64,000 nucleotides of DNA. It comes from Candidatus Nitrospinota bacterium M3_3B_026. GTDB lineage: Bacteria > Nitrospinota_A > UBA7883 > JBPRGF01. Made by a program: the position numbers and the translations under genes. Positions 42,001 through 51,092 of the stretch are shown here, in pieces (positions within the stretch are counted from its first letter, which is position 1; each line of letters opens with the position of its first letter). The stretch spans positions 1-64,000 of the forward strand of contig JBPRGF010000026.1 of assembly GCA_051418015.1 (NCBI GenBank), in the 5' to 3' direction. Below the pieces are notes generated by a model. That model was not told the DNA's origin and ran no database searches. It was given only the letters and a program-made list of their open reading frames with translations.

Positions 42001-42185
42001 TCCAGGTAGACCATCCGGATGTGCTCGCCCAGGGCCTCTTCCCTCTTGTGGCCGAACATGCGTTCGGCGCCCCTGTTCCACCCGGTGATCCTGCCCTCCA
42101 GGTCCGTGGAGACCACGGAGTCGTGGATCTGGTCCAGTATCTGCTCATGCGGGAAGATGCTCTCCGCCGTCTCTGTCTTTTTCAC
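39087..42185 (-). CDS. cytoplasmic hybrid histidine kinase (PAS x3-HisKA-HATPase-REC-REC-Hpt)
   Basis: PAS/PAC repeats, FLANMSHEIRTPL, NAVKFT, DTGIGI, GGTGLG, two receivers, AHLIKG Hpt. Confidence 0.93.
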   Translation of the reverse strand: MKKTETAESIFPHEQILDQIHDSVVSTDLEGRITGWNRGAERMFGHKREEALGEHIRMVYLERDHDFLERGVIAPLKEKGAHEVEVRMVRKSGETFYAHLSLSMIRGRAGNPVGMIGYSLDITENMRVKETLMENEERLRALYLYNPDAVFSLDLEGWVTMINPAAERISGYSESEARELNFRDLVAPDDMEKAEAAFAGVLGGRPQRLETAILDKNGGKVDLDVSIMPLVVNGRIIGAHGIAKDITQARRAAEAIKQSNETFATVMDSLAAAVYVADMDNYDILFANKFVREIFGDVIGKTCWKTFQAGQDGPCSFCTNDKLLSPGGQPSGLYEWEFQNTANGRWYKISDRAIRWVDDRIVRLEIATDITDRKLAEQNTKDAMERAEAASRAKSEFLANMSHEIRTPLNAVIGMTELALGTDLTEEQREYLEMALSSGETLLEVINEILDFSKIEAGKLELEEAPFRLREVLEKSAEPMAAHAQRKGLEIMVSVDPGVPDSLIGDQARLKQVINNLLANAVKFTERGEVELGANIEKDGDGRAVMLFMVRDTGIGIPEDQQERIFESFTQADSSTTRRFGGTGLGVTIAKRVVELLGGRIWLQSRPGEGSRFYFTAPFKINENEKEETPAPEDSARIEKRLRSVRALVVDDNRANRKILGGLLSRWGVEAAESASGEEALRVLAEAVARGAPFGLVLLDQKMPGLNGREVIERIRRDPALRSLKVILLTSAGPDRAKKDSGKGADARLPKPVKRKDLHNAILDVLGLSGAEDGKRGPERLPPLAKGGLDILLAEDNPVNLRVAERTLEKMGHRVAVAENGKEAVEMWEKGDFDLVLMDVQMPEMDGFQAARAIREKEKTRGERIPIIALTARAMKGDREMCLEAGMDDYIPKPIKIKDMAEKIGRVSPRRARDADGGPGLEGLFDLEELRLIFGADGLEELFTIFADSASKSIAAAEAALAAGDFSGVESQAHLIKGTASQFEAVALTGVAERLERKGREKDIAGAEKALEELKSRFAEIKAALAARQGGA

Positions 42186-42440
42186 AGGCCCTCCGCCGCC
42201 CGGCGGGATGGCGCCACGCCGTCATGGGCGCCTCCGGAAGGTTCCGCCATGCCCCGGCCGCGAGTTAAAAACACCCGGTGTTCCCGCGCCCCGCGGGAAG
42301 AGATCGCCCTTCAAAGCAGGCTCGAAAGCCTGCGGCGCGCTGAAATGACCACCGGTGAGATCGGATCTCCAGAACAAACAGCGAAAACCCGCCAACTTCA
42401 AGCCCCGCGGGCTTTTTTCCACTCCACTGACATCGCTTTT

Positions 42441-42449
42441 ATTATACCA
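42441..42449 (-). promoter_or_regulatory. extended -10 promoter for the hybrid kinase
   Basis: Minus strand TGGTATAAT (TGnTATAAT) in an AT-rich patch. Confidence 0.6.
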
Positions 42450-42662
42450 ATCAATTGAGCTTTCAAAAAATGATTCCGGGCCCGGGCCCGGGGGACGGCT
42501 GTGACATCGCCGGGGGCGCCGCCCGGCATGACGGATTAGATGCGGATCAACCCCTCACCGTTTCCGTCAGCGCGAGGCGGGATGCAGGGGGGCCAGGCGG
42601 GCCGGGGCGGCGGGAGGCTTCAACCTCGGCGAGGTGGGGCGCGGGCATCGCCGCCTGATGTG

Positions 42663-43043
42663 TCAGTCCTGCTCCATCCTGGCGCTTCGCTCCAGCACTT
42701 CCTTTATCGTGGCCTTGAGTTGGTCCAGGTTGAAAGACTTCACGACGTAGGCCTCGGAGGCCCATATCTTGAAGTCCTTTTTGTAGTCGGAGTAGGCGGT
42801 GCAGAGGACCACCGGGGTTTTTTTGTCCTTTTCGCGGAACTTGCGCAGAAACTCTATTCCGTCCATCCCCGGCATCTTGATGTCCAGAGTTATAAGGTCC
42901 GGCTCGAACTCCGGGATCTTCTTCTCCGCGTCCATGGCGTCCTTGGCCGTCTCGACCTCGTACCCCGCCTCCATCAGCTCCTCCTTGTAGAGGAGGCGGA
43001 TGTTTTCCTCGTCATCCACCACGAGAATCTTTGTCCTGGCCAA
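42663..43043 (-). CDS. single-domain response regulator
   Basis: ILVVDDE, LDIKMPGMDG, CTAY, YVVK. Confidence 0.93.
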   Translation of the reverse strand: MARTKILVVDDEENIRLLYKEELMEAGYEVETAKDAMDAEKKIPEFEPDLITLDIKMPGMDGIEFLRKFREKDKKTPVVLCTAYSDYKKDFKIWASEAYVVKSFNLDQLKATIKEVLERSARMEQD

Positions 43044-43093
43044 TTTGGCGTCTCCGAAAAACGCTATGAAAAAGCTTGTTTTACAAAAGAATA

Positions 43094-45463
43094 TCAGATG
43101 ACCTGCGTCTTACAGGGCAAAATGATGGTAAACGTTACCCCAATCCCCAGCTTGTTGTCAATTTCCATCACCCCATGATGCATCCTGACGATTTTCTTGC
43201 AAAGTGAAAGCCCGAGGCCCGTCCCGCTGGGCTTGGTGGTGAAGAACGTGTTGAAGATATTAGGAAGGTCCCTTTCCGCTATCCCTCCCCCCGTGTCGGA
43301 TATGGAAAGGCGCGCCGACTTCGTGGGCCCGGGGATGGCTTCCGTTTTCACCGTCATCTCCCGGGGCAGGCCGTGCCTCGGACAGGTCATCGCCTCCAGG
43401 GCGTTCAACAGCAGGTTGATGACCACCTGTTTTATCTGCGCCGCGTCTATATATACCTTCCCTATGTCAGGGGAAAGCGCCATGTTCAGCTTTATCCCCT
43501 TCTCGGTCATTCCCCGCCAATAGAAATCGGCCGCCTCGGCGACCACCTGGTTCAGGTCGACAGCTTTCCTGTTTACCACGCTCTCCTTGGTCACGTCCAG
43601 CGTGTTTTTTAGCAGGGTCTCGAGCCTTTCCACCTCCTTGACGATAATCGAGGCGTACTTGGCCTCCGTTTTGGAGCCGGGGAGCTTTGCCAGCAGGCGG
43701 CGGGCGAACCCTCCTATGGTCACAAGCGGATTTTTGAGCTCGTGGGCCACCTCCGCCGATATCTCGCCCAGGGCCGACAGCTTCTCCACCCTGGCCATCT
43801 GGCTCTCCAGGGCTATAAGCTCCTTGTTCACGGCGGTGAGCCTCTCCACGAGCTTTATGTTCTCTATCGACCAGGCCGCGGGGGCGGCGAAGCGGGTGAG
43901 AAGCTCCAGCCCCGAGTCGGCGATCGGCTGGCCGTTGTACCTGTTGTCCACCAGTATGGCCCCCATGACGTCATCGCTGGCTATCAGCGGAACGATGGCG
44001 AACCTGTCGCACTGGAGGCCCTCCACCAGCTCCCTGTCCTCCTCGTCCAGCTGGCCTGGGCCAGTCACGTTCACCGCCCTTTTTTCCCGCACGGCGCGGG
44101 CCAGGGCGCCGCCGCCGTCGAGGGGCGTCCTGATGGAGCGGGCGAAACGGTTGAAGAGGGAGTCCTTTATCTCGTAAGGGTCCTGCTCCACCAGCCAGCG
44201 CACCAAGTCGGGAGTCTTCACCGCGTGCTCCTCGAGATCGCTCCATATCCTTCCCGCCTCTTCCGGCGAGTCCGGGCCCAGCCCCATCATCCCCTGCAAC
44301 AGGCCCGTGTTCTCGTTCACCATCAAAAGCATCGCCCTGTTGAAACCGAGCCCTCTCCCCACCGTCACGCAGGAGAGGATGACCCTAAGGGTGTCGTCCA
44401 GGCTTATCACCTGCTGCATGGCCGTGGACAGGTGGAAAAGCAGGGAAAGCTCTTCGACGTTCCTCCTGTTTTCCTCGAGGGCGTCCTCAAGCCTCCTGGC
44501 CGAACGCGCGCGGGCGAGCGCCTGGGCGGCGGCGCGGGCTATCGACGAAAGCGTGTCCGCCTCCTCGCTGGAAAAGGATGTGTAGCGTCCCTCCATGGCG
44601 GTGACTCTGTCGGCGGCGATCATCGCGCCCATCACTTCGCCGTTCAGCGTCATCGGCTGAATCAGCGCGGCCTTCCGGGCCACGTTCTCCAGTCCGGAGC
44701 CGCCGGCTTCCACATGGTCCACCCGGACGGGCTCTCCCGACGCCGCGGCCTGCGACACGGCGCCGCTGCTGGCGAGGTCCGGTGATATCTCCCCGCCCGC
44801 CTCCGGCGGGAAGCTCCACGATAGAACGTCCCCCCCCGGCTCCTCGATGAAAGCCGCTCCCAGCCGCGCGCCGGTCAGCTCCACGGCTGCCTTGAGCGCG
44901 CTGTTGATGATCTCGTCCCGCCCGCTCATAAGGGCAAGCTGCCGGTTCAGCTCGTTGAGATCCTCCAGCGCCTGGATTTTGCGCCTGGTCACGTGGACGA
45001 ACCATGCGGCCTTGACGGCGCCGCTGATCTCGGCGGCTCCCTTCTCCAGGGCCGACACATCCTCAGGGGTGAAATCTCTCCTCTCCCGGTTCTGGGCGCA
45101 TATGGCCCCCAGCCGCTCGCCGCCGGGCGCCAGGGGGGCGCATATCATGCTCGCGTAACCTTCGCTGCCGTGATCGGGCTCAAGGTCGGGCAAGGAGACT
45201 GACCGCCCCTCTTCCATGACCTTCCAGAAAACTCCCTGGTTCTTCAGTATCCTGACGCCGAAATGGTACGGCGCCCTTTCGCCGAAGCTCGACCACACGG
45301 TAAGGGTCTGGCCGGCCTCGTCCAGCAGCAGGATCGCGAGAGCGTCGGCGCGAAGGCGGGTTTTCATATCCTCGGCGAACCCGTTGAGCCTGTTCCGGAG
45401 ATATCGCTCCGAAGAGGACATCTTCCCAAGCTCATGGGTGAAGCGTTCCTCGTGTCTCATCAT
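43094..45463 (-). CDS. multi-GAF sensor histidine kinase
   Basis: Three GAF-like regions; AHELKNPL, NLLLNA, DTGGGI, FFTTK, GTGLGL. Confidence 0.92.
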   Translation of the reverse strand: MMRHEERFTHELGKMSSSERYLRNRLNGFAEDMKTRLRADALAILLLDEAGQTLTVWSSFGERAPYHFGVRILKNQGVFWKVMEEGRSVSLPDLEPDHGSEGYASMICAPLAPGGERLGAICAQNRERRDFTPEDVSALEKGAAEISGAVKAAWFVHVTRRKIQALEDLNELNRQLALMSGRDEIINSALKAAVELTGARLGAAFIEEPGGDVLSWSFPPEAGGEISPDLASSGAVSQAAASGEPVRVDHVEAGGSGLENVARKAALIQPMTLNGEVMGAMIAADRVTAMEGRYTSFSSEEADTLSSIARAAAQALARARSARRLEDALEENRRNVEELSLLFHLSTAMQQVISLDDTLRVILSCVTVGRGLGFNRAMLLMVNENTGLLQGMMGLGPDSPEEAGRIWSDLEEHAVKTPDLVRWLVEQDPYEIKDSLFNRFARSIRTPLDGGGALARAVREKRAVNVTGPGQLDEEDRELVEGLQCDRFAIVPLIASDDVMGAILVDNRYNGQPIADSGLELLTRFAAPAAWSIENIKLVERLTAVNKELIALESQMARVEKLSALGEISAEVAHELKNPLVTIGGFARRLLAKLPGSKTEAKYASIIVKEVERLETLLKNTLDVTKESVVNRKAVDLNQVVAEAADFYWRGMTEKGIKLNMALSPDIGKVYIDAAQIKQVVINLLLNALEAMTCPRHGLPREMTVKTEAIPGPTKSARLSISDTGGGIAERDLPNIFNTFFTTKPSGTGLGLSLCKKIVRMHHGVMEIDNKLGIGVTFTIILPCKTQVI

Positions 45464-46947
45464 TTATCGCCACTGGCCCGCGAGAGCGCGAGGCGATACA
45501 GCCTTTCATACTTCCCGGCCGAATGGGACCAGGAATGGTCTTCTCTCATCCCTCTTTTTACCATTTTAACCCAGGCGCCGCGGTTTTCGCGAAACAGCCG
45601 CAACGCAAAGGCCGTCTTTTCGTAGAGCGCCCGGGGAGTCCTCTCCGTGAACTTGAAACCGTTGCCTTTGCCGGTCGCCGGATCGTAATCGGTCACGGTG
45701 TCGTTCAGCCCCCCGGTGGCCCTGACGACCGGGGCCGTCCCGTAGGCCAGGGAGTACATCTGGTTCAGGCCGCACGGCTCGTAATGGGAAGGCATCAGGA
45801 AAAGGTCCGCCCCGGCCTCTATCCTGTGGGCCAGGCCTTCGTCATAGCCTATGCGGACCGCCATGCTCCCCGGCCTGGCCTCGGCCAGCGACCGGAAGAA
45901 ATCCTCCAGCCCCCGGTCGCCGGAGCCGAGCAGGACGAACCTGGCGCCCTCGTCGAGCATCCGTTCTATCACCGGCGCCAGAAGATCAAAACCTTTCTGG
46001 GAGGCCAGGCGCGAGACGCAGGCCATCAGCGGCTCATCGCCTGGAGGAAGGCCCATCTCCTCCAGCAGGGCTTTTTTGCAGACCTCCTTGCCGGCGAGAT
46101 CCGAGGCGGTGTAGTTGGCGGGGATCAAGGGATCCGTGGCGGGGCTCCACGCCTTCGTGTCTATCCCGTTCAGCACACCGCGCAGGTCTTCCTTCCTTCC
46201 CTTCAAAGTCTCCTCGAGGCCCCAGCCAAGCTCGGGGGTCATAATCTCCTTCGCGTAGGTCTCGGAGACGGTGGTTATGACATCCGAGAAGACGATTCCT
46301 CCTTTGAGAAAATTTATCCTGTCGTGAAACTCCAGCCCGCCGGGCGAGAAGAGCCGCCAGGGCAGGCCGGTCAAGTGCCAGTCGAGCTTCCAGAAGACAC
46401 CCTGGTAGCCGAGGTTGTGGATCGTCAGCAGCGAGGCGGCGCGCCCCACGGCCGGGTCGTCCCTGTAGAGCGTCTTCATGTAGACGGGGATCAGGCTCGT
46501 CTGCCAGTCGTTGACGTGGATCACGTCGGGCCTGATCTTAAGCCGCCTTATCCCCTCCAGGACCGCCCGGCAGAAGAAGACGAACCTCTCCGCGTTGTCC
46601 GGGTAGTCCCCCTCCGGGGCGTTGTAAAGCCCCCGCCTGCCGTAGTAGTTGTCGTTCTCCACGAAACGGACTTTCACCTTCCCGGCGGCGGCCGAGAGGA
46701 TCCTCCCCCTCACCTCCCTCGATGATATGGGAACCTTGACGGTTATCCCCCTCTCCGGTATCCCGGCGCTCTTTCGGTTCACGGCGCCGTACAGGGGCGT
46801 GAACAGGTGGACGTTGTGGCCCAGCCCGGCGAGGGCGCGGCTCAACGCCCCGGCCACGTCGGCCAGCCCGCCGGTCTTGGAGTATGGGACGGCCTCGGAC
46901 GAGGCCATGACTATGGTGAGCGGGCGTTTTTTTTCAGGGCCCGCCAT
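45460..46947 (-). CDS. glgA: glycogen synthase
   Basis: KTGGLADV, HVNDWQT, TIHNLGYQG, SRLASQKG, EPCGLNQ, TGGLNDTV. Confidence 0.96.
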   Translation of the reverse strand: MAGPEKKRPLTIVMASSEAVPYSKTGGLADVAGALSRALAGLGHNVHLFTPLYGAVNRKSAGIPERGITVKVPISSREVRGRILSAAAGKVKVRFVENDNYYGRRGLYNAPEGDYPDNAERFVFFCRAVLEGIRRLKIRPDVIHVNDWQTSLIPVYMKTLYRDDPAVGRAASLLTIHNLGYQGVFWKLDWHLTGLPWRLFSPGGLEFHDRINFLKGGIVFSDVITTVSETYAKEIMTPELGWGLEETLKGRKEDLRGVLNGIDTKAWSPATDPLIPANYTASDLAGKEVCKKALLEEMGLPPGDEPLMACVSRLASQKGFDLLAPVIERMLDEGARFVLLGSGDRGLEDFFRSLAEARPGSMAVRIGYDEGLAHRIEAGADLFLMPSHYEPCGLNQMYSLAYGTAPVVRATGGLNDTVTDYDPATGKGNGFKFTERTPRALYEKTAFALRLFRENRGAWVKMVKRGMREDHSWSHSAGKYERLYRLALSRASGDK

Positions 46948-47950
46948 GACCGGAGACCTCCCTCAAAAATCGCGCCGCGTCCTCGGGCGGCGTGGAGTTG
47001 ATGTGAAACCCGGACCCCCACTCGAACCCCGCCACACGGGTGAGAACCGGCATAAGCTCCATGTGCCAGTGATAGCTGCCGTATCCGTCCCCGTCCTGGG
47101 GGGCGGTGTGCAGCATCATGTTGTACGGAGGGCGGTCCAGCAGGGCGTTGATCCTTCCCACGACGTCCATGTAGGCCGCGCCGAGGTCCTCGAGGAGCCC
47201 GGCGGCGGACTCCTCGAACCGCGGCGCGTGTTTCTTGGGGATTATCCAGGTCTCGTAGGCGAACCTCGGCGCGAAAGGCGCCACGGCCGCGAAACCGTCG
47301 TTTTCCATGACCACCCTCGCGCCATTGTCCAGCTCCCTGCGGACGATCTCGCAGTAGACGCACCGGCCCAGCTTTTCACGGGCGCGTTCGGCCCCGAAAA
47401 GCTCCTCCCGGATATGCTTGGAGACTACCGGCATGGCGATAAGCTGGGAGTGGGAATGCCCCAGGGAGGCGCCCGCCTCCGGCCCGTGGTTTTTGAAGAA
47501 CTGGACGCAGCTTATCCTGCCGTCCTCCCTGTACGCTTCAATCCTCATCCTCACCGCCCGGAAAAGGTCCACCACCATCTCCGGCGGCCCGTCCGCAAGC
47601 TGCCTTGCATGGTCCGGTGTCTCTATTATCACCTCGTGAGCCCCCACGCCGGAGACACTCCTGTATATCCCGTTCTTTTCCACCAGTGGCCCGCCGTCCA
47701 TGCCGAGGGCGGGGAACTTGTTGGGTACCACCCGCAGCCTCCAGCCCGGCCCGTCGGGCCTTCCGCCGTTTTCCCGGAAGGCCAGGACCTCGGGAGGGGT
47801 CAACGTCTCGTTCCCCTCGCAGAAAGGGCAGAAAGAGTCCTCCTCGGCCTCTTTTTCCCTTTCGGCCCATCTTGTCATGGGCCGGGCCGCCCTCTCCTCG
47901 GAGATTATGACCCACCGGTCCACCACCGGGTCTTTTCTTATTTCCGGCAT
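46934..47950 (-). CDS. galT: GalT-family hexose-1-phosphate nucleotidyltransferase (HSH type)
   Basis: CPFCEGNE, VVPNKFPAL, GAHEVIIE, GASLGHSHSQ, AGFEWGSG. Confidence 0.9.
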   Translation of the reverse strand: MPEIRKDPVVDRWVIISEERAARPMTRWAEREKEAEEDSFCPFCEGNETLTPPEVLAFRENGGRPDGPGWRLRVVPNKFPALGMDGGPLVEKNGIYRSVSGVGAHEVIIETPDHARQLADGPPEMVVDLFRAVRMRIEAYREDGRISCVQFFKNHGPEAGASLGHSHSQLIAMPVVSKHIREELFGAERAREKLGRCVYCEIVRRELDNGARVVMENDGFAAVAPFAPRFAYETWIIPKKHAPRFEESAAGLLEDLGAAYMDVVGRINALLDRPPYNMMLHTAPQDGDGYGSYHWHMELMPVLTRVAGFEWGSGFHINSTPPEDAARFLREVSGHGGP

Positions 47951-48111
47951 TTGCTTAAAACGTTCACATCATCGGCTCGTGGATTATTAATCTCCCATCG
48001 CCGGTGAAAAGTCAAACCGGGACGGCCCGGGCCCCCGCCCCGGTTTTTCTTGCAAAGACCCCCGGTTTCCATTAACATTTCGCTTTTATTTCTCGTTTCC
48101 TGGACACGATC

Positions 48112-48492
48112 ATGCTTTATTACCATGTAATCCAGACGGCGACGGCCATGGCGCCCCCGCCGGAGGGCGCCCCCGACACGGGGGGGCATACCGCGATAAT
48201 GCTCCTTTTTTACGGCGGTCTTTTCGCGATATTCTATTTTCTCCTCATCCGCCCGCAGACCAAGCGCAACAGGGAGCTGAGGAACATGCAGGACTCCCTG
48301 AATAAGGGCGATTCCGTGATCACCTCGGGGGGGCTTTATGGAGTGGTGCACAAGGTCAAGGACGAGGCCGTCACCGTGGAGATAGCCGAGGGCGTGCGGG
48401 TCAAGGTCCAGAAAGGCGCCATCACGGAGCGAGCGCGGGAGGCCGCGGCGGGCGCGGAGGAGAAGGGGGGTAAGGACAAGCCCGGCAAATGA
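48112..48492 (+). CDS. yajC: preprotein translocase YajC
   Basis: FYFLLIRPQ, GDSVITSGGLYG; start uncertain (alternative 48148). Confidence 0.93.
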   Translation: MLYYHVIQTATAMAPPPEGAPDTGGHTAIMLLFYGGLFAIFYFLLIRPQTKRNRELRNMQDSLNKGDSVITSGGLYGVVHKVKDEAVTVEIAEGVRVKVQKGAITERAREAAAGAEEKGGKDKPGK

Positions 48493-50036
48493 ACAAGAAC
48501 CTGCTATGGAGGCTGGCCGTCATCGCCGCGGTGGCCGGTCTTTGCGCATGGTCCGCCACGCCGGTGGACGAGAAGATCAACCTGGGGCTGGACCTGCAGG
48601 GGGGGATGCACCTTGTCTACGAAGTGGACGTGGACAAGGCGGTGGTCTCCTCCCTGGACGGCGTCGCCGATGACCTCAAAAAGTTTTTGGAGTCGCGGGA
48701 CGTGAAGGTAGACTCGGCGAGGCGTGAGGGCGAGACGATATTCCTGGGGTTCCCGGACGCCGGGCAGGGGGAGAAGGCCAGGGACATAATAGACGCCGAT
48801 TACACAATCATAGAGCCCGCCCCCGGCGGCGATTCCAGGGCCCTGGCCTATGCGTACACGGCGGACCAGCGGAAGACCGTGAAGGACGGCGCCATCGACC
48901 AGGCCCTGGAGACGCTGAGAAACCGCATAGACCAGTTCGGCGTGGCGGAGCCGGCGATACAGCGCGAGGGGGGGAACCGGATACTGATACAGCTGCCCGG
49001 CGTCAAGGACAGGGAGAGGGCCATCGGCATCATCGGCAAGACCGCCAGGCTCGAGTTCCGCATGATAGACGAGACCGTCTCGCCGGAGGAGGCGAAGACC
49101 GGCGGCCTGCCTCCCGGCTCCGAGGTCCTCTACGAAAGGGTGGTGGACCCAATCACCGGAGAGGAGACCGACAGGGCGCCCCACGTGGTCAGAAAGAAGG
49201 TGGAGTTGACCGGCGACATGCTCTCCAACGCCGTGGTGCAGATAGACCAGTACAACAGGCCCTACGTGTCGCTCGACCTGAACAAGGAGGGCGCCGCGGT
49301 CTTCGGCAGGATCACCAGCGAGAACGTTGGCAAGAGGATGGCCATCGTGCTCGACAACCATGTATACTCCGCGCCGGTCATAAGAGAGAAGATAACCGGC
49401 GGGTCAGCGATGATAACGGGCTCCTTCAGTTACGAGGAGGCGCGCGACCTGGCGCTCGTGCTGCGGGCCGGCGCCCTGCCCGCGCCGCTGATCAAGCTGG
49501 AGGAGCGCTCCGTGGGCCCATCGCTCGGGCGCGACTCGGTCGAACGGGGAGTGAAATCGATCATAACCGGCGGCGTCCTCGTGCTGGTGTTCATGCTTGT
49601 CTATTACCGGTTCGGCGGCGTGGTCGCCGACACGGCGCTGCTTTTCAACATCGTCATCCTCGCGGGCGCGCTGGCCTATTTCGGCGCGACGCTGACGCTG
49701 CCCGGCATCGCCGGGATCATCCTCACCATAGGCATGGCCGTCGACGCGAACGTTCTGGTCTTCGAGCGGATAAGGGAGGAGCTGCGGATCGGCAAGACCG
49801 TCCGCTCGGCGGTGGAGTCGGGCTTTTCCAAGGCTTTCCTTACGATCATCGACGCCAACGTCACGACGCTTATCGCGGCGCTGGTGCTGTTCCAGTTCGG
49901 CACGGGGCCCGTCAAGGGCTTCGCGGTGACCCTCTCTCTCGGGATACTGGCGAGCCTTTTCACGGCGATCTTCGTCTCCCGGACGTTTTTCCTCTGGTAC
50001 ATGGGCTCGCGGCGGCTGACGGAGCTGAAGATATAA
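48489..50036 (+). CDS. secD: protein translocase SecD
   Basis: LGLDLQGG, RIDQFGVAEP, GALPAP, VGPSLG, GMAVDANV. Confidence 0.96.
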   Translation: MNKNLLWRLAVIAAVAGLCAWSATPVDEKINLGLDLQGGMHLVYEVDVDKAVVSSLDGVADDLKKFLESRDVKVDSARREGETIFLGFPDAGQGEKARDIIDADYTIIEPAPGGDSRALAYAYTADQRKTVKDGAIDQALETLRNRIDQFGVAEPAIQREGGNRILIQLPGVKDRERAIGIIGKTARLEFRMIDETVSPEEAKTGGLPPGSEVLYERVVDPITGEETDRAPHVVRKKVELTGDMLSNAVVQIDQYNRPYVSLDLNKEGAAVFGRITSENVGKRMAIVLDNHVYSAPVIREKITGGSAMITGSFSYEEARDLALVLRAGALPAPLIKLEERSVGPSLGRDSVERGVKSIITGGVLVLVFMLVYYRFGGVVADTALLFNIVILAGALAYFGATLTLPGIAGIILTIGMAVDANVLVFERIREELRIGKTVRSAVESGFSKAFLTIIDANVTTLIAALVLFQFGTGPVKGFAVTLSLGILASLFTAIFVSRTFFLWYMGSRRLTELKI

Positions 50037-50040
50037 CGCC

Positions 50041-50997
50041 ATGCGGATAGTGAGCCCGGACACGAACATAAAATTTCTCGCCGCGCGGAAAATCGCGGCG
50101 GCCGTCTCCGCGGCGCTTCTCCTCCTGGCCATCGGCTCGCTCGTGTACCACGGCGGCCCCAAATACGGGATCGACTTCGAGGGTGGGACGCTGATCCAGC
50201 TCAAGTTCGACAAGCAACCGGAGGTTTCAGAGGTCCGCGGCGCGATCGGGAGCCTCGACCTCGGTGACTTCAGCATCCAGAGGTTCGGACAGCCCGAGGA
50301 CCTGCTGATCCGCGCCCCCAGGGTGGATGAGGCTGAGGCGGGCCAAAAGACCCGCGCCCAGCTGATAGAGGACGCGCTGAGGGACAAATACGGCGACGCG
50401 TTCACGGTGGAGCGGGTGGAGATGGTGGGGCCGAAGGTGGGAAGCGACCTGAGGGAAAAAGCCATGCTGGCGCTTTTCTACTCGCTGGCGGGCATTCTCA
50501 TATACATCACGCTCAGGTTCGAACTCCGGTTCGGCGTGGCCGCGATCATCGCCCTCGTCCACGACACCCTGATAACCGTCGGGGCCTTCTCGATCATGGA
50601 CAAGGAGTTCACCCTTACGGTGATAGCGGCCCTGCTCACCGTCATAGGCTACTCGCTCAACGACACCATAGTCGTTTTCGACAGGATCCGCGAGAATATG
50701 CGCCTCAAGCGCGGGCTGCCTTTCGAGGAGCTTCTGAACGTCTCCATCAACCAGACCCTGAGCCGCACCCTGCTCACATCCGGCACGACGCTGGTCGTGG
50801 TGCTGTCCATATTCTTCCTCGGCGGCGAGGTGATACACGATTTCTCCTTCGCCCTGCTCGTCGGGATAGCGGTGGGCACGTATTCCTCCATATTCGTCGC
50901 CAGCCCGGTTCTCATGCTGTGGGCGGGGAAGGGCGGCAAAAAGCCCGGGGCGGGCGGACGCCGCTCCGGCAAAGGCATGAAAAAAGCCAAGGCCTGA
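50041..50997 (+). CDS. secF: protein translocase SecF
   Basis: GIDFEGG, VGPKVG, ALVHD, GYSLNDTIVVFDRIRE. Confidence 0.96.
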   Translation: MRIVSPDTNIKFLAARKIAAAVSAALLLLAIGSLVYHGGPKYGIDFEGGTLIQLKFDKQPEVSEVRGAIGSLDLGDFSIQRFGQPEDLLIRAPRVDEAEAGQKTRAQLIEDALRDKYGDAFTVERVEMVGPKVGSDLREKAMLALFYSLAGILIYITLRFELRFGVAAIIALVHDTLITVGAFSIMDKEFTLTVIAALLTVIGYSLNDTIVVFDRIRENMRLKRGLPFEELLNVSINQTLSRTLLTSGTTLVVVLSIFFLGGEVIHDFSFALLVGIAVGTYSSIFVASPVLMLWAGKGGKKPGAGGRRSGKGMKKAKA

Positions 50998-50999
50998 CA

Positions 51000-51090
51000 G
51001 CTTGTTGAAAGACTGCTCTCTATTGCCGCTCTGAGCGGTCAGGCGAAGAATCTCGACCCTATATTCAATTTGGAGCCTTTTTCAACGACC
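51000..51090. repeat. MITE-like relic with imperfect terminal inverted repeats and an internal REP-like arm
   Basis: GCTTGTTGAAA ... TTTTTCAACGACC flanking CTCTGAGCGGTCAGGCGAAGAATCT. Confidence 0.45.
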
Positions 51091-51092
51091 CG

